Virus record (IMG/VR): IMGVR_UViG_3300040801_004386 | Location: 1-40,441 of that record | DNA from: a virus | Direction: 5' to 3' (one strand) | DNA: 40,441 bases | Part shown: piece after piece, positions 25,339 to 33,644 of the stretch | How the letters are laid out: each line of letters begins with the position of its first letter | Position numbering within the stretch: the first letter of the stretch is position 1 | The notes under the pieces: model-generated | The model's input: the letters and a program-made list of their open reading frames with translations, nothing else | Database searches by the model: none | What the model was told of the DNA's origin: nothing | Program-made: the position numbers and the translations under genes

Positions 25339-26697
25339 CTAATAATATCCTGGTTTTCTAAATGGAGCCGGTGTTCTTTCAGATTCACCATACATTGCTT
25401 CTCGATACCGCTTATCAAGATCTTGTGCTGATGATCCCTTCTGAACATAACGCAATGATAGCGATAAATATCTCATCGCATCTGCACCGTGACTATATTG
25501 GTCGTGCAAAGGTCGATCATGATAAATCTTGCGCTTCTCATTAAATTCACGACGATAATTCTCAAGGCATTTAATTAATCGACCACACTTTTTCTCGTCA
25601 ATCCACGTCTTAGGTAAAGTTGTTCTTACTGCCTCGATCCCATCAGCTATTAAAAGATTAGGCAACACACAGAAACGAAGGCCAAGTTCCTTGGCTTTTT
25701 CTAACCGAGACATACCAGTACCAAGCTCACGCACTTTTATGTCATGTGGGGCGAATACCTTGCCATAGGTATACTCTTTGTCTTGCAGAAAGCGAACATA
25801 ATACTCAAGACCTTGCGAATGTGCTTCATGATAATCAATTATATGAACAACTGCCCCAATCACCTGGTAGAAAATTAGAGCAGTTGCGTCACGCATACCT
25901 AAATCAAATGCTACATGAACTGGAAATGCAGGCTCCCACGGAACTTCCCCAATTTGATTATTTAAACGAAGCTTATCTATATATCTGCAATAATACGAAC
26001 CTTCAACACCCATTTCAAAGGATGTCCAGTACTCTTGTTGCGCCAACTCCCCAGACATTTCGCCCATTGCTATTTCTTTTTTGATCTGAGCAACAGAGAT
26101 ATGGCCTGTATCTTCAAGAGTTAATTTCTGACAGAACCAGTCTTTTGGATTATTTTTAGCGATCTGATAAAGATCCCAAAAATGGTTGTGGCCCCTGGGG
26201 GTAGAGACCACAACCACTGTACCATCATTAGCATTTAAGATTGGACGGACAAATTTATAAGCTCTATCATCCGCGAGGGCATACTCCGAAAAGACAACAC
26301 ATCGTGGATTAGTACCGACAAGAGACGTGTCATACGTATCAGAGCCTATTAGTTGGATGATAGAGCCATTTGTAAGTACGATCTTCATTTCCTGGCTGTT
26401 CTTCTTTGAAATTATCTCAGCAGGAATACAGTCAATAAACTTCTTTCCGTCATTGGTTATAGATTCATAAATTACAAGTCGAGCTTGTTTAAACGTAGGA
26501 AGACAATAGAAATACACACCAACCCTGCGCAAGGCCATGCGAACAACAAGGTTAAATACCGTAAAATCCTTACCTGCACGCCGTGGCCAGATTGCTAAAA
26601 TCTTTTTAAAGCCATCTTTTTCAACCGCATTAATGAGCGGCATCTGATAGCTACGGGGCTTAAAGCGGTTGAGGTGTATTTTCGTCTCGATTTTCAT
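25339..26697 (-). CDS. terL: Terminase large subunit (452 aa)
   Basis: P-loop-like WPRRAGKDFT, Walker-B-like CVVFSEYA, nuclease motifs AFDLGMRDATAL and HGADAMRYL. Confidence 0.85.
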   Translation of the reverse strand: MKIETKIHLNRFKPRSYQMPLINAVEKDGFKKILAIWPRRAGKDFTVFNLVVRMALRRVGVYFYCLPTFKQARLVIYESITNDGKKFIDCIPAEIISKKNSQEMKIVLTNGSIIQLIGSDTYDTSLVGTNPRCVVFSEYALADDRAYKFVRPILNANDGTVVVVSTPRGHNHFWDLYQIAKNNPKDWFCQKLTLEDTGHISVAQIKKEIAMGEMSGELAQQEYWTSFEMGVEGSYYCRYIDKLRLNNQIGEVPWEPAFPVHVAFDLGMRDATALIFYQVIGAVVHIIDYHEAHSQGLEYYVRFLQDKEYTYGKVFAPHDIKVRELGTGMSRLEKAKELGLRFCVLPNLLIADGIEAVRTTLPKTWIDEKKCGRLIKCLENYRREFNEKRKIYHDRPLHDQYSHGADAMRYLSLSLRYVQKGSSAQDLDKRYREAMYGESERTPAPFRKPGYY

Positions 26698-26714
26698 TAC
26701 TACCTTTTCCTTTT

Positions 26715-27014
26715 TTACATCTCTTCAACCATGTACGCTGAACTTCTAGCAGCAATTTCTGGATCTCTAATAGTATCGTTAGTAACTTCAAATTCTGGAA
26801 TCTTCATCCAACCAACAACAAACCAATACTTGTTTTGACGCCGATTTAGCCTCCAGCCACCATAACAATTCCATGTAGTTAATTCATACTCAAGAATATA
26901 TGGTCCACGCTCGCCATCTTTATTCATTATCACTGCCAAAACATCTGTGTCAGCAGGAGGTAGTACTTGTGGAAAATTATTCCATTTCATCTTCAAATCC
27001 TGATTTTTCATCAT
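26715..27014 (-). CDS. DUF551-like small protein (99 aa)
   Basis: KWNNFPQVLPPADTDVLAV...WFVVGWMKIPEFE pattern. Confidence 0.5.
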   Translation of the reverse strand: MMKNQDLKMKWNNFPQVLPPADTDVLAVIMNKDGERGPYILEYELTTWNCYGGWRLNRRQNKYWFVVGWMKIPEFEVTNDTIRDPEIAARSSAYMVEEM

Positions 27015-27183
27015 TAATCCATGCTAAAGTAGTAGGCGTAAATCTAATTACAAAATTTCTTTTATATAGACCGGGAGCAGCAACTCGTAAGAAATCTTTG
27101 AATCCATCTGTGCACATTGCTTCATCATAAAACGTCATAGGTGGTGGAACATAGACTGAGAATTTCAGCAATTTATTGCTCAT
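26977..27183 (-). CDS. Hypothetical 68-aa protein (possibly the C-terminal remnant of a DUF551-like gene)
   Basis: ATG at 27183; ends TLAWINDEKSGFEDE. Confidence 0.35.
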   Translation of the reverse strand: MSNKLLKFSVYVPPPMTFYDEAMCTDGFKDFLRVAAPGLYKRNFVIRFTPTTLAWINDEKSGFEDEME

Positions 27184-27185
27184 CT

Positions 27186-27269
27186 TCAAGTCCTATTTTT
27201 TCGGGTTGCAACAACTAAAACAGGAATATCTTCAGGGGGCAAATTTTCGGGGAATCTATTCCAAACCAT
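27186..27269 (-). pseudogene. 27-codon fragment resembling the N-terminus of the DUF551-like paralog (MVWNRFPENLPPEDIPVLVVATRKNRT)
   Basis: ATG immediately follows the stop of the 75-aa ORF. W-N-x-F-P-x-x-L-P-P-x-D-x-x-V-L matches the 26715-27014 product. The frame is broken relative to the following ORF. Confidence 0.3.
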
Positions 27270-27497
27270 TTAATCCTCTTTAATTGAATTACTATAAACC
27301 AGTTTTAGCATTTTAAGCTCATGCTCAGATTTTTTGTTCAAATATTCTGTAAGGATACTGCCATTAATATATTCTTGGTTCGGATAAAACCAATCAATAT
27401 ACTGCTCGAAAGAAGGAAAAGATGCTTCTCGTAAAGCAATGGCTTGAGAGTGCACTTTTTTAAATTTATTCAGATGTATTTTTGTCTCGATTTTCAT
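27270..27497 (-). CDS. 75-aa ORF whose first 13 codons duplicate the TerL N-terminus (MKIETKIHLNKFK)
   Basis: Direct comparison with codons 1-13 of terL. No obvious SD. Overlaps the upstream ORF by 32 nt. Confidence 0.45.
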   Translation of the reverse strand: MKIETKIHLNKFKKVHSQAIALREASFPSFEQYIDWFYPNQEYINGSILTEYLNKKSEHELKMLKLVYSNSIKED

Positions 27498-27804
27498 TCA
27501 TCCAATATCTATCAAAAATGTGTTTTCGCTCCAACTTACTTTCATTCCCATAGAGTTCTGGTATAAAGCAAATTTCCCATCTATCGTTATTTCTTTCTAA
27601 CCACCAGCCAGTTGCGACAATACGCAGACACATATCAATATCATTACCTTCGCGTCCCGGGAAATACGTATCATCAGCTATTTTTTTAAATTCTTCCCAT
27701 GTCGCAACCAAACCTTCTCCAAGGATATCAACCCACTTAATATCCTTTTCATCTAATCCATTTATGCTAAGAAATTCTAAAGTCTCATAAAGTAAGTTAC
27801 GCAT
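27466..27804 (-). CDS. Hypothetical 112-aa protein
   Basis: ORF in the operon context. Confidence 0.5.
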   Translation of the reverse strand: MRNLLYETLEFLSINGLDEKDIKWVDILGEGLVATWEEFKKIADDTYFPGREGNDIDMCLRIVATGWWLERNNDRWEICFIPELYGNESKLERKHIFDRYWMNENRDKNTSE

Positions 27805-27816
27805 TTTTTCTCATCC

Positions 27817-28314
27817 TTACTCACGTATCAATTGATATTTACAGTCATTATCAATCAAAACAAGATCTTCTTTTCCATAAACAATACGCTTTAAAGCATC
27901 TTTTTCCAATTTATATAAACAGATACCATCAACAGATCTTATTTTAACATCATCACGATATTCAATAGAGACAGGATCAAAACCTCGATTACTTATGTTC
28001 CTAAATCTAATCTCAGCTTCCCCTTTGTTTGTTCCTAAGCAATAACCGCAAGATAAAACACATCTAGGTGTCTCAGTAAAAATATTATCAAACCGTGGTT
28101 CTGCATCATAACTTGGTGCAATTGATATGGAATTAATTTTATTGCCAATCAAATTACCCAAGTCTTTAACAGGCTCAAAAATACATGTATCACAACAGTA
28201 AGGCACAATTTCATAAGCAAAAAAACGCCTTCCAGTAGCGTCAAGAAAGACCAAGAAGTCTTTATCCTGAGACATGTATACAGCATGAATAATTGACTCA
28301 AATAATTCTTTCAT
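27817..28314 (-). CDS. Hypothetical 165-aa Cys-rich protein
   Basis: ORF in the operon context. Confidence 0.5.
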   Translation of the reverse strand: MKELFESIIHAVYMSQDKDFLVFLDATGRRFFAYEIVPYCCDTCIFEPVKDLGNLIGNKINSISIAPSYDAEPRFDNIFTETPRCVLSCGYCLGTNKGEAEIRFRNISNRGFDPVSIEYRDDVKIRSVDGICLYKLEKDALKRIVYGKEDLVLIDNDCKYQLIRE

Positions 28315-28328
28315 TTTCTCTTAATGCT

Positions 28329-28451
28329 TCAATACCATGAGATGGATATGAAGACACGATACCAAAAATATGAAGACATAAAGACCAAAAAGATAATTGC
28401 AACTACAGATAAGATAGTCACAAAACATGAAGACTGTTCCTCATCCATCAT
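28329..28451 (-). CDS. Possible 40-aa single-TM peptide
   Basis: Not in the ORF track. MMDEEQSSCFVTILSVVAIIFLVFMSSYFWYRVFISISWY. Weak SD. Confidence 0.3.
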   Translation of the reverse strand: MMDEEQSSCFVTILSVVAIIFLVFMSSYFWYRVFISISWY

Positions 28452-28488
28452 TATTAATCTCTTCTCTTAAAGGATCCAAAACAACAAC

Positions 28489-29046
28489 TTATCTTTTAAT
28501 CCCAAAATCTTTTTTACGAATTTTACACATCTTACCTGTAAAACCTTTATCGTAAAAAACTATACCTTCAATATCATGAGATGGATCTGATAAATATTCT
28601 TTTATTGCATCAAATGAGACGTCATCTATATGCAAAATATTGCGTCCATGGGGAACCAACACATGGCTATCAAACTTCTCACGGTTTCCATTTATTTTTG
28701 GCCCACAAAGCTCATAAGTCCAACTTTCTTTACTTTCTAATGCATCAAAAGCCTCGAAAGCCCACCGATCAGCCTTCTTACTTCTATCACAAGGAACCCA
28801 GTGTGGATAATGTCCCGTTGTTGCATCTGGATCCTGGCAAGGAATTGCCCCATCTGGAAGGTTTCTACCTGGTTTTAGATCGAAACGTTTATAAAGCTCT
28901 CCATTTATTATTGCCACCGCAGTTCCATCATATTTTCTGGTGGCAAAGAATCCTTCCAAAATCCATTTGTTTTCTTCGCGCAATTTATTGATTACCCGAC
29001 CAAGATTATCAGGGTCTTTTTCAAATAACGTCTTAATCTTCCTCAT
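28489..29046 (-). CDS. Minimal ATP-dependent nucleic-acid ligase-like nucleotidyltransferase (185 aa)
   Basis: Motif I KYDG (ATRKYDGTAV), motif IV-like EGIVF, motif V-like KIRKKDFG. ATG 29046 with AGAGGG SD. Confidence 0.6.
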   Translation of the reverse strand: MRKIKTLFEKDPDNLGRVINKLREENKWILEGFFATRKYDGTAVAIINGELYKRFDLKPGRNLPDGAIPCQDPDATTGHYPHWVPCDRSKKADRWAFEAFDALESKESWTYELCGPKINGNREKFDSHVLVPHGRNILHIDDVSFDAIKEYLSDPSHDIEGIVFYDKGFTGKMCKIRKKDFGIKR

Positions 29047-29476
29047 CGGCCCTCTTTCTAATAAAATTAAGCATACACTCCTGATCTTCAGCGATTGGCA
29101 AAGAATCAGAAAACAACGAACTTTCAAGATTTATAGATACGGCTTCATAATGTTCGGCTAGCACAGAATCTACCATATACTTCAATTCAAGTAGAGATTC
29201 AATATCGTCAGATTCCTCCTGATAGAAGTATTCTACGTTTACCCTAGCTCCCGAATAGAACCCTTCAACTTCTTTTATTCTATAACCGTGCTTTGGATCC
29301 CACATTGCGATCTCAGAGTGAAACCGTGCTATTTCCTGTGGCTTTGAGTTTCTTACAAGAACAAGAAGGTCAACACCTCGTCTAGGAATAGCAATCTCAG
29401 CTTGGCGCCACACAATATCTATAAACTTAATGCCATGTAAAGTCCTAAACTTTATTTTGTCTTTAGTCTTTCTCAT
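29033..29476 (-). CDS. Hypothetical 147-aa protein
   Basis: ORF overlapping its neighbours by 14 nt on both sides. Confidence 0.5.
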   Translation of the reverse strand: MRKTKDKIKFRTLHGIKFIDIVWRQAEIAIPRRGVDLLVLVRNSKPQEIARFHSEIAMWDPKHGYRIKEVEGFYSGARVNVEYFYQEESDDIESLLELKYMVDSVLAEHYEAVSINLESSLFSDSLPIAEDQECMLNFIRKRADEED

Positions 29477-29945
29477 CGTCGCCCTCGCATGTTAATCGAT
29501 CTAAAATGATTGTTTGAATCTGTGACTTGGACTCTTCTGGCTTCTTGAGTTCCGCCCACCTCTTATCAGCCTTATCCCAATCATCACTATACCGATGCAT
29601 TATATGCATTACAGGGCGCTCACGCAACTTTCCTTTCAGCATAAGTTCTTCACGGCGGCAAGCAACAAGTGCCTTTGCTATCTTATTGGCACGAGCAAGA
29701 TGCTCATTCTCTCTGCAGAGCTCCCAAAAGTAATCTGGTGTTATCCCCTTAAGAAGTGGGAATTTGGTTAATACAAGAGAGTCTTCATAGCCTGCCCATT
29801 CTACATAATCATCTGCGAGTCTTTTAAATAAAACTGGTGGGTATGGTTTGTCGTTAGCGCTGCAAAACTCTGAATATATTCTGCTAAGCATTGCTGATTT
29901 AGGTCTTGCTTTTTTGGTAGGCTTAATATTTTTAGATTTCTTCAT
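29463..29945 (-). CDS. Terminase small subunit-like protein (160 aa)
   Basis: LLKGITPDYFWELCRENEHLARANKIAKALVACRREELMLKGKL...DDWDK resembles gp3/Terminase_5-type small subunits. Located 2.8 kb upstream of terL. Confidence 0.45.
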   Translation of the reverse strand: MKKSKNIKPTKKARPKSAMLSRIYSEFCSANDKPYPPVLFKRLADDYVEWAGYEDSLVLTKFPLLKGITPDYFWELCRENEHLARANKIAKALVACRREELMLKGKLRERPVMHIMHRYSDDWDKADKRWAELKKPEESKSQIQTIILDRLTCEGDDEKD

Positions 29946-30387
29946 TATTTTCCAGTCTTTGGATTATGAATTCGGTGCGCGGTTTTTTTGAATATATCTT
30001 TTTGCAATTTATTTCTGCTATCCGAGAGTCGTTTTCGAAGAGAACTTTTTGGGCGACGTCGCAAATATATTTTACGAGATTATCGAGGTCTGGTTTGACG
30101 GCGTGTGGATATCCTGGTTTGGATTTTCGCTCACGAGATGGGGGTATAACCATGTAAAATGTGGCGTTGAGTCTGAGGGGTCCTGAGTATTTTGGTCTAT
30201 TTCCGTGTTGAGCAACGAGTGTGATCTCTGAAGTTACTTTCAGTTGTTTTTGTGAGTCCCATGCTCTGTGCTGTCCGAAGCGAACACGTGCTAGAGGTAT
30301 AGGATCACCCACAAGGGTATACACAATATCATCGTCGTTGAATCTGTATTTATTCTCTAGCGAAAGCTTGCCTTTTTTGAGGGTCAT
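29932..30387 (-). CDS. rusA: RusA-family Holliday junction resolvase (151 aa)
   Basis: PIPLARVRF...HAVKPDLDNLVKYICDVAQKVLFENDSRIAEI matches the RusA catalytic region pattern. Confidence 0.75.
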   Translation of the reverse strand: MTLKKGKLSLENKYRFNDDDIVYTLVGDPIPLARVRFGQHRAWDSQKQLKVTSEITLVAQHGNRPKYSGPLRLNATFYMVIPPSRERKSKPGYPHAVKPDLDNLVKYICDVAQKVLFENDSRIAEINCKKIYSKKPRTEFIIQRLENNEEI

Positions 30388-30550
30388 TGCGCTTCTCCTG
30401 ATTAAAAGATTGCTTAGACCCTAAATTTACCCCCTGTCTCTATGACCATGCTAGCACACAAATAGACTCTCAATCTAGTAAGAATCCTAAAAAGGGATGG
30501 TGATAACCTATTTACAGGTAGAAAACACCTTTTTTAGGCATAATAATCAA

Positions 30551-30839
30551 ATGTTGGAAATGTTGGCATAATGTTGGCATTTTTTTGCCAACAAAATTGA
30601 TATGCTCAATATACTGATCTAATATATATATTGATATATATATATATATGTATATGTATAAATGTTGGAATGTTGGACAGGGGGGGGGTCTATCTTTAGG
30701 TTTTTGAAAATTTAAGAAAAAGAGGGGGAGTATGTCCAACATTCCAACATTTGCCATTTTTGCGACCAATAAGTCGACCAGATCGGCGTTGGCGTGTTGG
30801 CATTTTTTTGCCAACATTTTGCCAACATTTTGCCAACAC
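30551..30839. promoter_or_regulatory. Origin-like region: 12 copies of the hexamer TGTTGG/CCAACA in dyad arrangement, two identical 22-nt palindromes, an AT-only tract and a G9 run
   Basis: Six TGTTGG and six CCAACA counted. TGTTGGCATTTTTTTGCCAACA at 30572-30593 and 30795-30816. (TA)-rich tract at 30621-30660. G9 at 30680-30688. Confidence 0.6.
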
Positions 30840-30923
30840 AAATAAATACTAAAAAAATACAACCAAAACTCATTGAGTAATGATTGCATTAAAATTTTTA
30901 TTTATTTCAGTTTATATTTATTA

Positions 30924-32609
30924 TTACTCGTCAGGATAGATTCCTATTGGTTTGAAGAATTTGGCTCTTACTTTCATATCGACTTGTTCAATTTCGCCTC
31001 GATCTTCTAACAAAGTAAGGCAGCGATTAAAGTTTTCTGGTTTATCTTTAAATCGTTTGTGCTGAGCCTGTTGAATTGTGCGATATTTAATTGGAATGAA
31101 TGTTTTTTTATATTTATCTCTTATGAATTTCAGAACTTTTTCAGCTTTTTCTCCAAGATCGTCTGCTACGAAAACTTCTTCAAATAAGTTTATAGTAGAT
31201 TCGATAGCGGGTTCAACAAACGTATAGGCTATGAGAAATGCTTCTTCGCTAATTTCATCACAAGCATGTGGAAGGCGATGGTCACGATAACTTATAAAAG
31301 GCTGAAAGATTGCTGCAAGTTTTTCTATATTGGTCATCCAACGCTTGATAAAAGCTTTAAATGTTCCTTGTGGGTCATATTGTCTCATATTTTTATGAAG
31401 GATCTCATTTTTTATGTAGCGACCGATTTCTTTTGCCTTACTAGATAGTCTAAATTCTGTAGATTCAAATGATTCTATTATATGGTAAACAGCATTCTCA
31501 TATTTATAGAGTTTTTTTATATCAGTTTTGTCTTCAATGATATAATCATCATCCTCCGGATAAGGATCTTCATTAGGAAGTCTGTACAACAGGGGACGAT
31601 TAAGAAACCCAGTAGAAATATCAACATGACTTATATCATTTGTTAAAAAACTCTCTGTTGATGCTCCTACTACAGAAAAGAAAGGATCTGTTATTTTTAA
31701 CTTTCCACCATTCTTTGTTTCATAAAAGAGAGATTCACCATCAAACATGTTTATAAGCTGTTGCTTACCAGTACAATTATATTTTTGTCTGAGATCTCCG
31801 AGAAATCCGCTTAATTCAGATGCCTTTACAAGGGAAATATCTTGATCATAAGCAGATCTTATCCTTGCAGCTGAAGAACTATATACTGGCGCATCAATCA
31901 ACTTTCGCTTTTCTTGTAATATCTTCTTCTCGGTTTCGATATCATCTTCTGATATAGCATGTTCTTTTATATTTTCGATATTCTCATAAATTGATTTCTC
32001 ATATTTTTTAACAAGTCGATGGCCATGGTTTAGGCCTAATGACTTAAAAGAACCGCTTTCAGATATTATAAATATCCAGAGAGATGCAATATTTTGATAC
32101 TCATCGGAAGGTACACGTGAATACCTTATTCGTCTTCCAAAGAGCGCTGATAACGAAGCGAACAAAGAAGAGATCACTATAACTGGATGCGCAGGACATG
32201 TATCTAATAATGCTTGAGCATAAAGCTTTAAGTCACCTGGTAGATATTCAATTGTAAAACGTGAACATGGATTGTTCACGTCAAATACTCGTTCGCCAAG
32301 AATCCTTGACTTTAAGTCAGTTTTTGGTATCATAATAGTGTTTTCGCTATTGAGGGCGTCTTGCTGGACGCCTTTCTTTTTTATTAAATTCCTATTCAGG
32401 TAGTAATGTAGCACTGACAATCCAATACGGCAAGAAAGATCTGTCAACTCATAAGGTATTTTAGAAAGAACTTTTTCAATAAAAGCGAGATGCTCCTCTT
32501 CATAATCACCTGTTACTAACATTTGATTTTGTAGTTCTACTATAAATCCCATTATTGTAGGATCAATAAAATCAGTACTTATTTGTTCGGGAAATCTATT
32601 CACTACCAC
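30924..32609 (-). CDS. DUF3987-like replication protein (561 aa; putative initiator/helicase-loader type); start codon uncertain (GTG 32609 or 32603)
   Basis: ASELSGFLGDL...FDGESLFYETKNGG...FFSVVGASTESFL resembles the DUF3987 core. Degenerate P-loop SESGSFKS. Adjacent to the iteron region. Confidence 0.45.
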   Translation of the reverse strand: MVVNRFPEQISTDFIDPTIMGFIVELQNQMLVTGDYEEEHLAFIEKVLSKIPYELTDLSCRIGLSVLHYYLNRNLIKKKGVQQDALNSENTIMIPKTDLKSRILGERVFDVNNPCSRFTIEYLPGDLKLYAQALLDTCPAHPVIVISSLFASLSALFGRRIRYSRVPSDEYQNIASLWIFIISESGSFKSLGLNHGHRLVKKYEKSIYENIENIKEHAISEDDIETEKKILQEKRKLIDAPVYSSSAARIRSAYDQDISLVKASELSGFLGDLRQKYNCTGKQQLINMFDGESLFYETKNGGKLKITDPFFSVVGASTESFLTNDISHVDISTGFLNRPLLYRLPNEDPYPEDDDYIIEDKTDIKKLYKYENAVYHIIESFESTEFRLSSKAKEIGRYIKNEILHKNMRQYDPQGTFKAFIKRWMTNIEKLAAIFQPFISYRDHRLPHACDEISEEAFLIAYTFVEPAIESTINLFEEVFVADDLGEKAEKVLKFIRDKYKKTFIPIKYRTIQQAQHKRFKDKPENFNRCLTLLEDRGEIEQVDMKVRAKFFKPIGIYPDE

Positions 32610-32707
32610 TTCCTATCTAAAAGGCTTTCTGGTATAATATTAGGTGTTGATTCAAGGGGGGTTGTTGTGGTTTCTCCTAGAAGTTTCTCCATGGCAGCTT
32701 CCTTTTT

Positions 32708-33037
32708 TTATATGTTTTTATCGATCGTTTCCTGATAATTGCTAAGATCTACCAGTGCATTAGCAACAACGTAAACCTTTGATCTTTTTTCTCCTGCGCT
32801 TGTCTCCCAAGAATTAGATCGCAGTTCTCCAGCAATCTTTACACCATCTCCTCTTTGAAGTGTTTTAAGCAAATCAATCAACTTAGTATCCCAGCATGTT
32901 ACTTCAACATACGTCTTTCCACGGGAAGATATTGCCTCAAGGCGAAAAACACCTACTTGTCTGCCTCCTTTGATATCGCGTATTTCTGGATCAAATGCTA
33001 TCTTTCCCGTCAATCTTACTTCATTGTAACTTGTCAC
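32708..33037 (-). CDS. ssb: Single-stranded DNA-binding protein (109 aa, OB fold, no acidic tail)
   Basis: NEVRLTGKIAFDPEIRDIKGGRQVGVFRL...VTCWDTKL...GDGVKIAGELRSNSWE is a typical SSB OB-fold pattern. GTG start with GAGGAG SD. Confidence 0.75.
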   Translation of the reverse strand: MTSYNEVRLTGKIAFDPEIRDIKGGRQVGVFRLEAISSRGKTYVEVTCWDTKLIDLLKTLQRGDGVKIAGELRSNSWETSAGEKRSKVYVVANALVDLSNYQETIDKNI

Positions 33038-33162
33038 CTTATCTCCTCGGCTTCAATTACAGTTAAACAATACAACTTGGAATTTCTAACGGTATACGTA
33101 AATTTTTTGGATTTGATTTTATTTTTAAATACTTGACAAGATTTCTTGTTTTGTGGTATCAT
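33034..33162 (-). CDS. Possible 42-aa basic leader peptide coupled to ssb
   Basis: AAGGAG SD. Its stop overlaps the ssb GTG (GTGA). Confidence 0.3.
   Translation of the reverse strand: MIPQNKKSCQVFKNKIKSKKFTYTVRNSKLYCLTVIEAEEIR
33133..33162 (+). promoter_or_regulatory. Plus-strand promoter-like element TTGACA-18 nt-(TGg)TATCAT inside the minus-strand arm
   Basis: Hexamers and the extended -10 TG read directly. Confidence 0.4.
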
Positions 33163-33168
33163 AAGATC

Positions 33169-33270
33169 TCCTTATAAGAGATGGCATTCACTTCTAATGT
33201 CATTCTTTTCTCCTTAATAAAGTGGATGGGGGGGATGTGGTTGTTTTGCCATCCACTTTATACTTTTATT
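33169..33270 (+). ncRNA. Candidate ~100-nt antisense small RNA (promoter at 33133, terminator-like hairpin 33220-33258 plus T-rich tail)
   Basis: 10-bp perfect stem AAGTGGATGG/CCATCCACTT followed by TATACTTTTATT. It would be antisense to the leader and SD sites upstream of ssb. Confidence 0.25.
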
Positions 33271-33360
33271 GACGATCCGTCCAATTCATGCAACGATATC
33301 TGTGCTACTACTCATTACTGCGAATCTAGCAATGGCAGATGTTGCAAATCCTGTAATTCT

Positions 33361-33549
33361 TCATTGTCTAGATTCGTTTTTTACATATGCTTCTAATTTT
33401 TTCCATGTATCTACTCGTACCTTCTGGCCACGTACAAACTTTTTTAGTGTTAAGTGGTTGATATTGATCAAACTTGCTAATTCAAGCATCCCCAGTGGAT
33501 GTATTTCCATGTAATTGAGCAGCTCTTTGCGTATTTCATCTTGCGACAT
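33361..33549 (-). CDS. Cro/CI-type helix-turn-helix regulator (62 aa)
   Basis: LELASLININHLTLKKFVRGQK is a helix-turn-helix. It is the first gene of the leftward arm at the divergent control region. Confidence 0.65.
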   Translation of the reverse strand: MSQDEIRKELLNYMEIHPLGMLELASLININHLTLKKFVRGQKVRVDTWKKLEAYVKNESRQ

Positions 33550-33609
33550 TGCGACCTCATATGGTTGTATAAATTAATTATAAATTATTGTTGACTTTGT
33601 TATATTTAG

Positions 33610-33644
33610 TGTTATCATTATAACAGTTAATGATTAAAACACAA
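33610..33644 (-). promoter_or_regulatory. Leftward promoter TTGTGT-16 nt-TATAAT overlapping the palindrome TGTTATCATTATAACA (operator candidate)
   Basis: -10 at 33622-33617 and -35 at 33644-33639 on the minus strand. Palindrome at 33610-33625. A plus-strand TTGACT lies at 33591-33596. Confidence 0.5.

Noticed and set aside
25329-25448. Extension of the membrane-protein ORF 110 nt into terL (track start at 25448)
   Set aside because: An AGGAGG lies right at the terL stop, followed 6 nt later by an in-frame TTG at 25328. This gives a conventional non-overlapping start, and the upstream extension has no SD.
30512-30889. 125-aa minus-strand ORF covering the iteron region
   Set aside because: Its sequence (for example YIYIYIYISIYI and repeated CQH/ANVG blocks) is a translation of the TA-rich tract and the iterons. 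It has no SD, and the region is better explained as non-coding origin-like DNA.
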